NCBI RefSeq assembly: GCF_009914755.1 | Contig: NC_060927.1 | Length of the DNA stretch: 64,000 nt | Strand: one strand, 5' to 3' | Source of the DNA: the human T2T-CHM13v2.0 reference genome, Homo sapiens | Position numbers and translations under genes: made by a program | The notes under the pieces: generated by a model | Told to the model about the DNA's origin: nothing | Seen by the model: the letters and a program-made list of their open reading frames with translations, nothing else | Database searches by the model: none | Part shown: positions 15,603 to 35,540 of the stretch, piece after piece | Layout: each line of letters opens with the position of its first letter | How positions within the stretch are numbered: the first letter of the stretch is position 1

Positions 15603-18589
15603 AAGAATCTGGGTGCTCCTATATTAGGTGCATATATATTTAGGATCATTAGCTCTTCTTGTTGAATTGAACCCTTTACCATTATGTGACATCCTTCTTT
15701 GTCTTTTTTGATCTATGTTGGTTTACAGTCTGTCTTGTCAGAAACTAGGATTGCAACCTCTGCTTTTTTTCTGTTTTCCATTTGCTTGGTAAAATTTCCT
15801 CCATCCCTTTATTTTGAGCCTATATGTGTCTTTGCATGTGAGATGGGTCTCTTGAAGACAGCATACCAACGAGTCTTGGCTCTTTATCCAGCTTGCCATT
15901 CTGTGCCTTTTAATTGGGACATTTAGCACATTTACATTTAAGGTTTGTATTGTTGTGTGTTAATTTATTTGATCCTGTCATCATGATACTAGCAGGTTAT
16001 TATGCAGATTTGTTTATGTGGTTGCTTCATAATGTCACTGGTCTGTGTACTTCAGGGTGTTTTAGTAGTGGCTGGTAATGATTTTTACTTTCCCTATTTA
16101 GTGTTTCCTTCAGGAGGTCTTGCAAGGCAGGCCTGGTGGTGACTAATTCCCCCAGCATTTGCTTGTCTGCAAAGCATCTTATTTTTCCTTCACTTATGAA
16201 GCTTAGTTTGGCCAGATATGAATTTCTGGGTTGGTATTCTTTTCTTTAATAATGTTGAATATTGGCCCCCAATCTCTCCTGGCTTGTAAGGTTTCCACTG
16301 AGAGGTCCACTGTTAGTCTGATGTGCTCCCTTTTTTAGGTGACCTGGTCTTTCTCTCTGGCTGTGCTTAACATTTTTTCTTTCATTTTGACCTTTGAGAA
16401 TCTCATGATATGTGTCTTGGGGTTGATCTTCTTGTGGAGTTTCTTACTTACCCCATTCTCTGAATTTGCATTTCCTGAATTTGAATGGTGGTTTATCTTG
16501 CTAGTTAGGAAAGTTCTCCTGGATGATATCCTGAAGTATGTTTTCCAACTTGGTTCCATTCTCCCTGTCTTTTTCTTGTACCCCAATCAGTCATGGGTTC
16601 ATGACATGGGTTCATACATAATCCCATATTTCTTGGAGGTTCTGTTTATTCCTTTTCATTCTTTTTTCTCTATTCCCTTCTGGCTATCTTATTTCAGAAA
16701 ATCTTTAAGCTCTGAGATTCTTTCCTCCACTTGGTCTATTCTGCTATTCATGCTTGTGATTGCATTGTGATGTTCTTATGTTGTGTTTTTCAGCACTATC
16801 AGGTCAGTTATGTTACTCTCTAAACTGGCTATTCTGGCTATCAGCTCCTGTATTGTTTTATCATGATTCTTAGCTTCTTTGCATTGCATTACAACATGCT
16901 TCTTTAGCTCAGTGAAGTTCATTATTACCCACCTTCTGAAGCCTACTTCTGTAAATTCAGCCATCTCAGCCTTAACCCAATTTTGTGCCGTTGCTGGAGA
17001 GGTGTTGTGGTCATTTGGAGGAGAAGAGGCACTCTGGCTTTTTGAGTTTTCAGTGTTTTTGCATTGATTCTTTCTCAGCTTTATGGGTTTATCTACCTTC
17101 AGTCCTTGAGGTTGCTGACCTTCGAATGGGGTGTTTGTGGGGTCTTTGTTATCATTCTTGTTTTCCGCTTGCCTGTTTTTATTTTAACAGTGAGGCCACT
17201 CTTTCATAGGGCTGCTATGGTTTGCTAGGGGTCCGCTCCAGACTCTAGTTGCCTCAGTTTTTCCTGTACCTGGAGGTTTCACCAGTAAAGCCTGCAAAAT
17301 AGCAAAGATGGCAGCCTGCTCCTTCCTCTGGAAGCTCCATTCCAAGGGGGCACTGACCTGTTGCCAGCCTGAACACACCTGTAGGAGGTGGCTGGAGACC
17401 CCTGATGGGAAGTCTCACCCAGTCAGGAGGAACGGGATCAGGGACTCATGCAAATAAGCAGTCTGGCTGCCTTTTTGTAGAGGAGATGTGCTGCATTGCA
17501 GGGTTGGTGGGGGGTCTTCCTTGTCCAGATAGTTTGTATTCTCCAAAACCAGCAGGCTGGAATGGCTGAGTTGACCAAACCACAGAGATAGTGGGCATCC
17601 CTTCCCCTGGGAGCTTTGACCCAGGGAAAGATCAGAGCTCTGCCTTTAGAACCTTGCTGGAGTGGCTGAAGCTCCCACAGGGAAGTCTTGCCCAGTAAGG
17701 AGGAATGGATTGGTGTACCACTTAAAGAAGCAGTCTGGCCATGATCTGGCAAGGCAGCTGTGCTGCACTGTGAGGGACCCCTCTCTGTCCAGACTCCCTG
17801 TAGTCTTCAAAGCCAACAGGCTGAAACAACTGAGTCTACTGAATCACAGAGATGGTGGCTACTTCTCACCCCAGGAACTTGGTCCTGACTCAGGCAGACC
17901 CTGCTGCCACCAGCCAGCTGGAATTCCAAGTCAGTGGGTCTCAACCCACGAGGTGCTGTAGAAGTGGGATCCTCAGAATGACACTGTTTGTGTCCCTAGA
18001 CTCAGCCCCCTTCCTAGGGACATGCATTGATGGTTCTTCTGCCTTGCTGCTGATCCCAGGGCCAGAGTATGCAAAATTCCTGGGTCTCTGTGTGTGCCTG
18101 AGTGGCTGCTCTGCCAAGACTCCACACAGCTCTGTGTGACAGACCCAAGGCCCTGGTGGCATGGGCTCATGAGGGAGATCTCCTGATCTATGGGTTGTAA
18201 AGATCTGTGAGAGAAGTGTGGTTCCCAAGTCAGGTTGCACAAACACTCACCACTTCCTTTGGCTGGGGTGGAGGTTCCCTTGACTCCACGCTCCTCCTGA
18301 GTGGGCTGTCACCCAACCCTGCTACTCTTCACTCTCTGTGGGTCAAGCTGTTTGCCTCATCAGTCCCAGTGAAAGAACCCGGATATCTCAGTTGAAGGTG
18401 GTAAATTCACTTGCTCCTTTCATTCCTCTCCATGGGTGCCACGGACCTCAGCTGCTTCCAGTCAGCCGTCTTGGGCCCTCTCTGGGATTCTCTTTCTTTT
18501 TAAAATCAATCTTCTTTACTAAGACTTATGTCTACAGAATAATCTGAATTTTGTATTTTAACTTTTAAAAATCCACTTTTCTGAATTCT

Positions 18590-18746
18590 AAACATGCGTC
18601 TCAAATATTAAGATACACACAAATCACCAGGTGATCTTGTTGAGACACAGATTATGATTCTGTAGGTCTGGGTTGGACCTGAAGAAAGTCTGCTTTTCTA
18701 ACAAGCTCCCAGGTTATGCAATGCTGTTAGTCCTCAGACCACATTT
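18590..18746. mobile_element. MER5-family element, interrupted near its end by the inverted L1
   Basis: aaatcaccaggtgatcttgttg...gattctgtaggtctggg...ctaacaagctcccaggt...cagaccacattt; the remainder lies after 23483. Confidence 0.7.
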
Positions 18747-23471
<4,725 letters not shown>

Positions 23472-23763
23472 CAGACCACATTTCTTATTGCAAAGGTCTA
23501 GAGTATTGTATGTCTAGCATTGCTCAGATAACTTTGCTCCATGACACTTTCCTAATCAGTTCATTTTTGGGGGACAGAGTAAAGTTCAGAATGATATTAT
23601 TTCCTAGGCTTTTTCAAGTGATATATTCAGAAATAAGTCAAACCAATAATTTATCAAATGTTCTGCTCTTAGTGAAATATATGTACAGATAACTAAAGTT
23701 GCCTATCACAAATATATGCCACTTTACCTATTTTGTAAGCTATAATATATTGACTTAAAAAAA

Positions 23764-24056
23764 TTTTTTTGAGACAAGGTCTGACTCTGTCACTCAGGCT
23801 GGAGTGCAGTGGTGTGATCATCGCCCACTACAGCCTTGAACTCCTGTGCTCAAGTGATCCTCCCACCTCAGCCTCCCAAATAGCTGAAATTACAGACCCA
23901 AGCCACTGTGCCTGGCTAATGTTTTTTTGTATTTCTTGTAGGGACAGGGTCTTGCTTTGTTGCCCAGCCTGATCTTGAACTCCTGGGCTCAAACAATCCT
24001 CCCACCTCAGCCTCCCAAAATGCTGGGATTACAGATATGCACCACTGTGCCTGGCC
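23764..24056 (-). mobile_element. AluJ
   Basis: Dimeric Alu with J-type ctacagccttgaactcctg and ctcctgggctcaa. Confidence 0.9.
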
Positions 24057-26834
24057 TGATAAAACTTCTAGAGGGTCACATAGCAGTGGTATGAAGCAGG
24101 TATAATTGTCTTCATTCTGTAAATGAGGAAACACAGGCTTAGAAAACAGAGAACAGGTAAGTCGCCATAGGTAAAAGCTGGTGAGGGTTAAAAGTTGCCT
24201 CCCTAATCTGGATTACTAGATCCTGAGCTGTACAAAATTAACAGAAATAAATATCTGATAAAGGTTTGTAAGACAAGCATTGCTTATTTAGTAGTCACAT
24301 GAATCAATATCCCAAGTACAGAGCACACCTAAAATCTGGGAGGAATAAAACTGAAGTCAGGTTTATGAATATTTGAAAAATAAATAAATCTTTCCATTTG
24401 GACATGAGAAACATCATTCTTGATTTATTTGTCATCACTAACTATAGTTGAAGAAATACTCTCACCAACCCTGGTTCTCCCGAACAGCTATAGTGACATG
24501 AGCAACTTCAAGTCTTCCCCCTCCCCTTCCCAGTCCCCCAAGAACAGGCTTAGGTGTAGTGATGGCATTGTCATGTTGAAGTTGAATTGAGAGCTTTTTG
24601 TCTTTGTTGAACACCAAGAATCAGGTCTGGGGGGAAATCTGTAAGTACTATAATTAACTTCAATTTTAATTTCTGGGTGTCTCTTTCCTCCCTACTGCTT
24701 GCTGCCAAGGTTCTCCTTCAGTCCCATCAGTTAGAGCAGCATTCACAAAGCTCAGGCCAGACTCCTTTTGGCAATTTTTAAGAGGTTTCTGGGTGATGTG
24801 CTCAAGCTCCTCTGGGAAACTTGGAACCAAACTGAAGTGTGGCTTGACTATTAAAAAGGGGCCACTAGTTTTAAGAAACTACTTTGCCTTTCTCTGTTTG
24901 GGAGAAACTTACGGTGGTTGAATTTTTAATACTTCTTGGTTTACAAATTGTTTTGGTATACACTTAATCTTTAGTTTATTTTTTGTAGTTTGTTTATATT
25001 TTATTATTCCTTCCTTTTCTGTCAATATTCTTTTACTTTATAAGTGTTCACACATAGATCTATGTGTATTTGTTCTATGATTTGAATGAGAGCACTGAAA
25101 GACCCAGAAAATATATCTCTCTAACTTACCCTACTGTTGTTTAAATTAAGATCCTCACTCCTTTTAAAATCCAATTTATGTTACTTGGAAGTTAGATTTC
25201 ATATGATCTATTATAATGTTCACTTGCCCACAGATTAATAGTGAACCAGACAGAACAAGTGAAATAAAAATAAAATCTACTTGAGGAGTCAGGCTTAATG
25301 AATAAAAAGTCCTACTATGTAATTTGTTGTAGAAAGAGGACAGGATGAGGGCAATGTGGATGGACTGAAAGCAAGCAGGCAACCAGTTCTATTCTGACAT
25401 TTACTAAGGAGTAAAAATGTGCTTGATGTACTAGGTATTTTGCAATTTTAAGAACTTACGTGACACAATTTCAGTCCTCAAGATGCTCACAGTCTAGACA
25501 GGGAGACAGAAAAGACCATAGAAAGTAAAAGGCAATGCTATGGGAATTACCTAGGAAAGATATTTCTTTCAATGAATGTAGAAGATATTGGGAAAAGTTC
25601 ATGGAGGTGATTGCATTTGAGCCAATGCTTAAAAGGTGAACAGGAATTCAATAAACAGGAATGAATGGTAAAGACAGTTCAAGAGAAAAAATAGCTTATG
25701 CCATTGTCATCCACAGAGGTGGGAAAATGCAAACCATGTACAGAGAATGTATGATTAAATTGAAAGATTTCCATGAAGACCATAGAATTGAAAGCTAGAA
25801 AAGTAAACTCTCCTTTTTTATGACTTTGCTAGTGGCATATATCCAAGCCCAATGCTGCTCACTATTTTTAAAGCGTGCTTTCTTTCCATAAGACCTTTTG
25901 ATTGGGAATCACTGTACCAGGTCTTTTGTTGGCATATATTTTTTTTCTTTTCCTTGCTCCTCAGTTTACCTTTTTTTCCTATTTGATAGTTCATGTATGA
26001 TGTGTCCATTTCTATCATGAAAGCTGTTGAAAGATACTGATTGAAATGATTCTTTTTGAATTAATTAAACTTGAACTTAGATTGCCATATCTGACTTTTT
26101 TCTAGTCTCAAATGTTAATATATGTTTTTATTTTATAGATGTCAGGTTCAAATTCAGGATCACTATTTTTTTTCTACTAATTCCGATTGACTTGTATCAT
26201 CTGATTTAAGTTATATCCATCTCTGGGCTTCAGTTACTTCCATGGTTATGTGAAATCACAAATTTTTAGGTATGTCAGTGAATCTAAATGTAGATAAAGT
26301 ACCTTATTCTCTAAATTTGTCTCCTTATAGGGTATTACCTAATCATTTAGTTCATCAAAAGGTTTTGAAGAAGACTTTGTACAGGATAGACATTGAGGGC
26401 CAGCCCCTGGCATCTGGAAGCTCCTTCTTTACTCCCTCACTTTAAAATTCTACTTTTGTCAGTAAAAAAATTTGCCATTGCTGAAAGTAAAAAGATATCT
26501 TGATTTTTGATAGCTTTTCCTAACCTTACATTTATTATTTCCAGAGCCAAAAGTTCTCATTTTCAGGAAAATGTGTCATCATTATTTTGTTGGACTCATA
26601 AAACTATAGTATTTAAAATTATTATACTGTTGAAGGTGACTATTAGCATGCATATTGAACATATCATAGGTCACTGATACCTCTTCTTCCAAATACCTAA
26701 CTGGTAAGGGTAGCCAGATTCTGTTTTTACCTTCATTTTCTACTCCTTTTCAAGATGTGAAGGCAATACATTCTTCTATTGCTTCCATCTGCTCCCATTG
26801 GCCCCTTTTTTTTTCCTTTTTTTTTTGCTCACAG

Positions 26835-27004
26835 TGTGGAAACTGCAGTTACAGCTTAGCACGTTTTGCTTATGGAACTTTGCCAGAAGCAGTTTTGAAG
26901 GTGTTTTAAAAATGAAGACATCTGGCAGCTGGCATACTTACAATTCATTTGCCAAAGACAAGTTGCACGCTGCTGGAATTTTCAACTGAAGGGTCGTGCA
27001 CCAG
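26835..27004 (+). ncRNA. Candidate non-coding exon (170 nt)
   Basis: Long polypyrimidine tract plus cacag acceptor and CAG|gtaaga donor in repeat-free DNA; stops in all three frames. Confidence 0.3.
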
Positions 27005-30000
27005 GTAAGAAAGGAGTCAGGTGGAGCTGGTGCATAGGCAGCCACACACTGAAAAACTGTTGGCTCTGTGAGGTTTTGATGGGCTAAATCAGGAAGCATG
27101 TGTGTCATCTTCTTGTCCAGCCCACCGTCTTTGTCACTATAACACTTTAAAAGAGGTAAAAGGCAAAAAAAAAATCCAAGCTAAGAAAATTGGCAGTGAA
27201 TCATAAGGCTGTGACATGTCAATAAAAGTCTTGCCAATTTGGCAAAAGAAAAGAGTGCTGAGAGCAAAAAAAAAAAAAAAAGTTGAAAAACGGAATTTGA
27301 CACAACATTGGACAAACATGTTCCTGTCAGTTGTCTGGTTCTGTTTTTTTCAGGCAGAAAGAATCTGTGGGATTATGGATTTACAGCTTACCCTCTAAGT
27401 GAATTACTAACGGTACACCAATGGATGCCCTCTGACTGAAAATTTACTTGGTATTTCATAGTATTAGCATAGTTTTTGGGGTTTTCAGTTTTAAAATCTT
27501 TTCTTGTAACTGGTAGTCACTAAATACTAGTGCTACTAAATACTACTTTCCAAATAATTGGTCTGTGTGATTTTACACTTGTATTAAATTTTTTGTTTGT
27601 TTTGAGTTTTGTTTTGTCTTATTTTGTTTTTGCTGCAACAAATAATTTAAAATGTGAACATGGGAGTTTTATAATGAGATTAACAATTGACCTAGCAGAG
27701 CAAGGGAGGGAAATTATCTCACTATATTGACAATCTCTCTCTGACCAATTTGAGCACTTTAAAAGAAATGTGAGCCATATTTGACAAAGAAGTAAGGAGA
27801 TTTATGTGTATAAAGTAATAATTAGAGATGACTTGTACTAGATGTTAGTATATTTTCATGCAACAAGCCTAGGTTTTTTTTTTTTTTTTTTACCTTCTGT
27901 ACTTGTAAGTTCAGGTCAGCTGTTTTAAGTGGGTGTTCCTGTCTTCTGCTCAAAGTATTATGTATAAAAGTATTGGCTAATGGAGAAGGAAGAAGGAAAT
28001 GGTGTTGCGGTTACAGTTTTGTTGTAAGAGACAGTTGACACTTACCTTACCTAAAATGAAGACAGAATTACCAGCCTTAGAGAGGTTGCAAACTTGTGGC
28101 CTAGGTACAGAATCTAGTCCAAAAATATGCACATTTGACACATGCACTATCATCCTGCAGATAGTTTACATTTTAAAAAATATAATTTAACAGGAGAGTT
28201 TATATTTTTAAAAAATCTGAATTTACAGTTATTTTTATTTTTATTTTTTAATTGCAAGATCAGGCATCACTCCCTCTTGAAAACAGTCTGCTAGCCCTGG
28301 CCCGCTTCCAGTAGTGTGAGGAGCGTGAGTACTTCCCATTCACCGGAGTCCTGCACACCTGTTTCCTCCCCCAGGTTGAATGCAAATTGCCACTTCAATG
28401 CAGTCCTGCTACTGTTTTTCCAAAATTAGAGTGAAGAGGAAAGTGAACTGTTTCCTGTACCTTTGTATCTGTCAAAACTGAGAAAATAAAAACAGGCCAG
28501 AGGGGCAGGTTTTTCTCATGCCAGGCTCCCTTCCCTCAGTGGTTCTGTCTCCTCGGCCCCTGTCCTCCTTTGGATTTGCTTCCTTTCTTCATGAAGTACC
28601 TTCTCTGCCCACCTCAGGTTCTGTGGGTTGAGACTCCAGGGTTTCCAGCTGCCTCCTGGTCTAGCTTGGGGTCCTTACCCCTGTGACCCCCAGTGGAACC
28701 ATGGCAATCTCACAAATGGAATCTTCTTAAAGACACCCAACATATAGCGCATTCCTGGATTTCAAGGCAGGGACTTGGTAAACTCTTTGATAGTATTATG
28801 CCACTTAATAATGTACTTTTTGTTCATACGTTTCCTCATAAACTGGTATTGCCTTTGAGAGGTTTATCTCCTCCATTAGGCTCTGCATCTTTAATTGAAA
28901 TTTAGCAATTACAAAATCTGGGAATACTTTTCTTTTAGCTTTTAAAGAGAAAATACTATAAACACATATGAGGGAAATGCTATGTGGGAAAAATGAAGAC
29001 CTGAGCCTGGTGATTTTAGTGGTCAGATATGAAATCAATGAGGCAGTAACTAGCTACTCTTTTCACAGGGCATCCATTTAGTATAATTGCTCCCTGAAGA
29101 GAATTTTATCCTTCTTAGAATTTTAAACTATGTGAAGTACCAGCAAGCTCTACTTCATGTAATCTAAATTGGAGACTTGAGAGATGAATTATAAATGCTT
29201 AGAAATGGATTTTAGAAAGAATATTGATGATTTGTCAACTCTTCATCTTTCCTTTAAGACATGTTTGTTTTTGTTTTCGCCCGTCAAGTGCCTGTCAGAT
29301 GATGCCAATCTGAAATCCTTGCCATGTTTTCATTCATCGCATAAAGCCCTCCATTCAGACCTTCTAGTATATGAAGCCAGATTCTATGAAGTATTTCATT
29401 ACAGAGTATTGTACCCTCTAAAATGATCTGGGAAAATAATTACTACAAAAACATTAGTTCTCATTCTCCTTGTGGATGATTTTAGGTCTTTTTCATTTAT
29501 AAAGAATGTTATTACTAGGTTAAAGGGAAGCGAAGTATAGTTTGTTGATCGCAAATGTAATTTCCAGTAAGAAACATCAAATGGGAGTTGGGAAAGTGGG
29601 AAAAGTTGATTATTGGAAAGAGGTGCATTTTTAAGGAACAATTCCAGATGTGTGGAGAGGGGATGGGAGGGTAGGGTACATGTCGACAGTAGAGTGTCAG
29701 AGACTTATGTGTTCTTTTTAACCATTCAGTTAAAAAAAAAGGTAATTTGAAAGTGAAATAAAATTACATTTGATTTCACAAATAAATAAATGTGAGAAAA
29801 TTTCCACTTATAAAAAGGCAACCTAAAAATCTGGAAAATGGAGCTAGTTACAGTTTTTCATGGTGGGAATGTTCTCTAACATTCTTTCAACAAATTTTAC
29901 TAAGCAGCTATTAAACAAATTTTACTGAGCACATACTATGTCTAAAGTACTCTCATTCAACTCTAGAAGGAAATTACAATAACATTTCTTGAAAGCCTAT

Positions 30001-31242
30001 TTTATTTTTGTTTTGAAAAATATATTTTATATTAATATTTATTGACAAATATAACAATGCTTGACATTTTAATAATGATAGAGTTTGCAAATTGTTTATA
30101 TTTATGATTTTTAAATGATAGTTCTGTGGGCTAAGCAGCAAGGTACTATTGCCTCTACTTTATGATTCAGAAAGGGTAAGTGACTTATTTAAGAGCACAC
30201 AGCAAACAAATAAGTAGTAGAAACATTTTCCTGGCTCAGTGCTTTGTACAGTTCACCATGCTAAAAGAGATGGTTATGTTCTCTTTATCATTACAATTGG
30301 CATTGAAATAGATTAATATTAAACTCAGATGGAATAATCTAGGGGTTTAAATTTTGGGTGATTCATACATGCTATATGCTAAATGCTATGGCAGGTGCTT
30401 TGTGTACAGTTGAAAATAAAACAGAAGTCGTCCTAAAGTTTACAGGCTAATTGGAAAGACAGATCTTAAATAAATTATTACACTTGCAGGTATTCCAAGA
30501 ACAAACCAGGCATGCTCCTGCTCTGGGGGCATTTCCACTTGCTGTTGCCTTTGCTCAGACTGCTCTTCCCCCAGATATCTATGCAGCTCCCTCCCTCACC
30601 ATCTTAAAGTCTTTGCTCAAATGTTAACTTCTCAATCTTTGTCTAATTCTAAATGCAGCCAAATGAGCATTCACGTGTGACAGCAAAATGAAGCAATGTT
30701 AGGAAGTCCATTCAGAAAGAAATATTCAAGGAAGTACTCAAAGAAAACAAACAAACAAAAAGATTTCAGGAGAATGAAATTGAATACAGGAAACAGAAGG
30801 TAAAAAGAAACCAATGAACCTTCTGGTTAAGTAGATATCTTTACAGTCTGTACATTTTTACAAATATTAAGAATGTAGAACGAAACTCTAGATGAATTCA
30901 TTATATGATTTGAAGGTCAAGGCAATGTTGGTAAAGGAGAAAGTAATAGCGTGCTGAGGTTTATTGTCTTTTACTAGGGAAAGGTATACACATTTAAACA
31001 AATGAGCTTTTAAAATTCACAGCTAGCCAATACAGGAACAGAAACAAAGCACACAATTTTTAAATCTCTGGGAGGGGAAGAAAAGTAGAGAAAACTCGAT
31101 CAGTCCCCCAAAGAGATAGGGGAAAAACTTACTTTTAAGAAAATAAATATTAACTATTTAATAGTGGTAATATGTTCAAACATATTAATAATCATGAATA
31201 GTGCAAAATGTTAATTCTCCTGTTAAAAGGCAGGGATTATCA

Positions 31243-31503
31243 GCTCATGCCTGTAGTCCCAGCACTTTGGGAGGCCGAGGTGGGCAGATCACAAAGTCAG
31301 GCGTTCAAGACCAGCCTGGCCAACATGGTGAAACCCCATCTCTACTAAAAATACAAAAATTATCCGGGTGTGGTGGCACGCCCATGTAATCCCAGCTACT
31401 CGCTTGAACCCAGGAGGCAGAGGCTGCAGTGAGCTAAGATTGCACCACTGCACTCCAGCCTGGGCAACAGAGCAAGACTCTGTCTTTAAAAAAAAAAAAA
31501 AAA
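31243..31503 (+). mobile_element. AluS with eroded 5' end and internal deletion in right arm
   Basis: Alu dimer; cagctact|cgcttgaacc junction; A tail. Confidence 0.9.
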
Positions 31504-32387
31504 CTAACTGCTTCCTATTTGCAAGAGACACTTCCGAAATGAAATGACACAGCAAGATTAAAACACAGGATGGACAGAGTTATTTCAGAAAGATGCTGAC
31601 TATCATAGAGAAATACCAGTTTAAGAAATATTAATATGACATAAATTAGATATTGGGGCCAAAATTGTTAAATGTGACAAGGAGGAAGATTTATAAATAC
31701 AACAATCCATTAAGATATAAAAATCACAAATTTTATTTACCTAACCATGGAGCTTTGGCATATATAAGAAAAACCTATTAGAAATACAAGTGATACTGTT
31801 AAATTCATAATGTTATTGGAAAAATTTAGTACATCTCCTAGAATTTGATGATTAAAGTATCCAAGAAATAATAAGAATAAATAGGATTTCAAATGCACAC
31901 ACACACACACACACACACCCAACAAATAGAAGATACACATTTATCAAATACACATGGATTATTTATTTTTTTAATTTACAAATATGTTTCAGGAAGCAAT
32001 CTCAATAAATGTCAAAGAAAAACAAATTACACAGTCATGTTCTCTCTTCAATGCAACAAAATTAGAAACTAATAACAAACTTATAGATGATACAATCTAA
32101 CTACTTGGGCAAAGTTTTAAAAATCATTTAATTCCTACGCTGTAGGAAGAATCTAGAATACAACATTGCCCAAGTCATACATAGAGTAACTCAATACAGT
32201 GAAGCTGGCAGTTCTCCTCAAATTAATCTGTAATTCAATGCATTACCAAATAAAAACTTAAAAGTTAACTCTGAAATATATCTGGAGGTGAGAATAATCG
32301 ATAAAGAAAAGAAAAATGTGAGTAAAATGTCTTCTAAAACCTTCTAAAATATCAGAGCATACTAACATGTTAAAAGAGTCTGGTATC

Positions 32388-32719
<332 letters not shown>

Positions 32720-33719
32720 AAAAGAGTCTGGTATCAATGTCGGGGGCAGACAAATAGACACATAAATAAATGAAATAGAATGCAGAGTCCAGAAAAGTGA
32801 ATTCAAGATATCAAAAAGGTTGTATTTTAAACCATAAAATATAGAAAAATATTTTTATAGTAATTGGAGTAGGATGAGCCCTGTTAAGGCAAAACCCAGA
32901 AGCTAAAAATCAAATGATTAATGGATTTTAATACGTCAAATTAAAAACCTAAGTTTGACCCAATAAAAATCAATAAACAAAACTAAATGACGAGAAATAG
33001 ACTGGGATAAAATATTTGCTATATATAAACAAAGGATTACATAGGATTATATATAGGATATATAAATAACTCCCAATAATGAACAAGAAAAAGTTAACCC
33101 AACAGAGAAAAATTGCTCAAAAAGGCAAGGAATATGACCAGGTAATTAAACAAAGAGAAAACATAAATGGCTAGTTAACAAATAAAAATGTGTTTTACCT
33201 CAATAGTACTCAGATAAATGAAAATTAAACAGAAGTGAGATATAATTTTTCCAGTCATCAGATTGTTTTTTTTTTTATTTAATTGCTAAGGTTTAGTGTT
33301 GATAACGATGTGAGGAAATGAATACTCGTATAGCCTTGCATCCAGCCCCTCACTTTGAGACTTCTGTAGTGAACACTGTTGGCTGCCTGCACAGGGTTTC
33401 CGCCCTCTAAAACCCTGATTTCTTCAATGTTGCTCCTTCCTATACATCCTGTATTCTTCAAGGGAAGCTGACCCACCCCCTGTGCTAGGGATGAATCTGA
33501 CTGAACTAAAGGTAATTTCAGCCCCTTCTCCCTCCAGTGATGGGTCAGAAATCTGGACAATGAAAGCAAGAAAAATTTTGTTGGAAGTTTTCAGAAAAGT
33601 TTTTTTGCTCTTAAGGAGAACATCAAGAAGCCAACTGTGCTTTCTCCCACAAGGTATTGCAAGGAAGAATGTAGCCTGAAGCTTCTTTAACCTCTGAAAT
33701 TCCTCTTATAGGAACAGAT

Positions 33720-35540
33720 AATTTTTCTACAACGTGCTAGACAATATTCTGGGTGCTGGGAACAGACAATGTACAAAACAGGCAAAACTCACTGCCTATG
33801 AAACATTTTTGGGAGGCAGATAGAAACAAACAAGGGTAAGTAAGTGAAATATATTGTTTGACAAATAATTAAGCAGAGAAAGGAGATTAAAAATATTGGG
33901 GTATAATAAAAATAAGGCAGTCAGGGAAGGCCTCCTGAAAAGTGGACATTTGAGTGTATTCTTGAAGGAAGGAGGAAGAAAGGTATACTGACATTTAAGA
34001 GGAAAACATTCCAGGAAAAGGAAGAAATTGGTATAGAGGCCAGAGTATCCTGGAATGTTCAAGGAAGAGCAGAAAGCTCTGTGGGGCGGGATCAGAATGA
34101 GCAAGAAGCAGAATAATAGCAGATAAGGTCAGAGATGACAGGGGGCCAGATTGAGTACGGCCTTATAGACTGTTATAATGGCTTTGGTATTTTTCTCTTT
34201 GTGAAATAAGAAACCATTAGAAGATTCAGAGTGGTGACGTGGTCTTAGTTTCATTTAAGCAAGATGACTGGTTGCTGAGTTGGCTGGACTGTCAAGGGAC
34301 AAGGGAAGAAGTAGGGAGATAGAAGTTAGTGGTTTAATGCAATAAAACCAGGGAGTATTGACAGCAGGATGGACTAGGAAAGTGGCCTGGAGAATTTGAA
34401 AAACGGTTGAGCTCTGGATATATTTTGAAGGTAGAGTCAACAAGATGTGCTGATGGACAAGATACAGGGTAAAGAAAAAGAGAAGAGTCAAGGAAGACAC
34501 CAAAGTTTTAAGCCTAAGCAACTCCTCAAGAATGGAGTTGCCCTTAACTGAGAAGGAAAGCTGGTTTGGAGTAAAAGTGGGAAATCTGGGGTTCAGTCTG
34601 ATTTTGTTAAGTTTGAGATGCTCATGTCCCAAAGTAGAGATGTCAAGTGAGCATTAAGATATTCAAGGCTAGATTTCATGAAAAGGTTGGTTTGAAGGTA
34701 AACATTTGGGAGGTGTCAGAATCCACATTACTTAATTACTTAATACCATGAAATTTGTAATGAGATCACCAAAGGAGGGAACAGAGAGAAAGAGAAGACT
34801 TGGCTGTGGGGCACTCCAGTGTCAAGATTTAAGAAAGCCAGCAGGAAAGAATAGGCAAGAAGATTGAAAAGGAACAGCCAAGAAGATAGGAAAAAATCCA
34901 GGGAACATGGTGTCCTGAAAGCCAAGTTTAAAAAGTGTTTTTAGCAGGGAGCAACCAATTGAGTTAAATGCTGCCAATAAGTCAGCATAACATAGTGGCT
35001 AAGATAAAGGTTGTAAGCTATTTTGCCAGGTTCAAATTCCACTCTGCCATGTATTTGCTTTGTGACTTTGAAAAAGTTACTACACTTCTCTGTGTCTTTT
35101 TCTCCATCTATAATCTGATGATTATAATGGATCCCATTTCATATGACTTTTGTTAGGCATAAATGCCTAAATTTGTTTAACATTTAGAATAGTGCCCAGA
35201 GTATAGTAATTGCCTAGTAAATAGCAGTTATGCTTATTATTACCATAAATAATACCGAGAAGTAGTAGTATTAGGAATAAGAAAAGTACTGAGTCTTGAC
35301 CATTGAATATCACAATGTGGAGGTAATTTGTGACATTGACAAGGAGCAATTTGGGTTAAATAATGGAAACAAAAGCCTATTTGGAGTGACTTCATGTCCA
35401 AAAATAATGGAAGAAGATGAACTGGAGACAGTGAGTATAGAAACTGTTACAATAACTTTTTCTTGAAAAAGTAAAGGAGAGCAGAGACATAAGTTGGCAG
35501 TTATAGGCAGAAGTTTGGTAAGAGAGGATCTTTTATTACA
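33720..35540 (-). mobile_element. L2 LINE fragment, interrupted by MIR
   Basis: Purine-rich L2 antisense motifs (gtcagggaaggcctcctga, tctggatatattttgaaggtagag, gttaagtttgagatg, ggtgtcctgaaagccaag). Boundaries approximate. Confidence 0.7.
34984..35240 (+). mobile_element. MIR
   Basis: agcataacatagtggctaaga...ggttcaaattccactctgcca...tctccatctataatctg...ttagaatagtgccca. Confidence 0.7.

Noticed and set aside
17400-17900. Diverged repeats of about 280 bp (aggaggaa...aagcagtctggc) as an independent array
   Set aside because: They lie inside the old L1PA 5' UTR and are most likely part of that subfamily's UTR structure.
28260-28740. Slightly GC-richer unique segment as a promoter or CpG island
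   Set aside because: Few CpGs and no clear core promoter arrangement.
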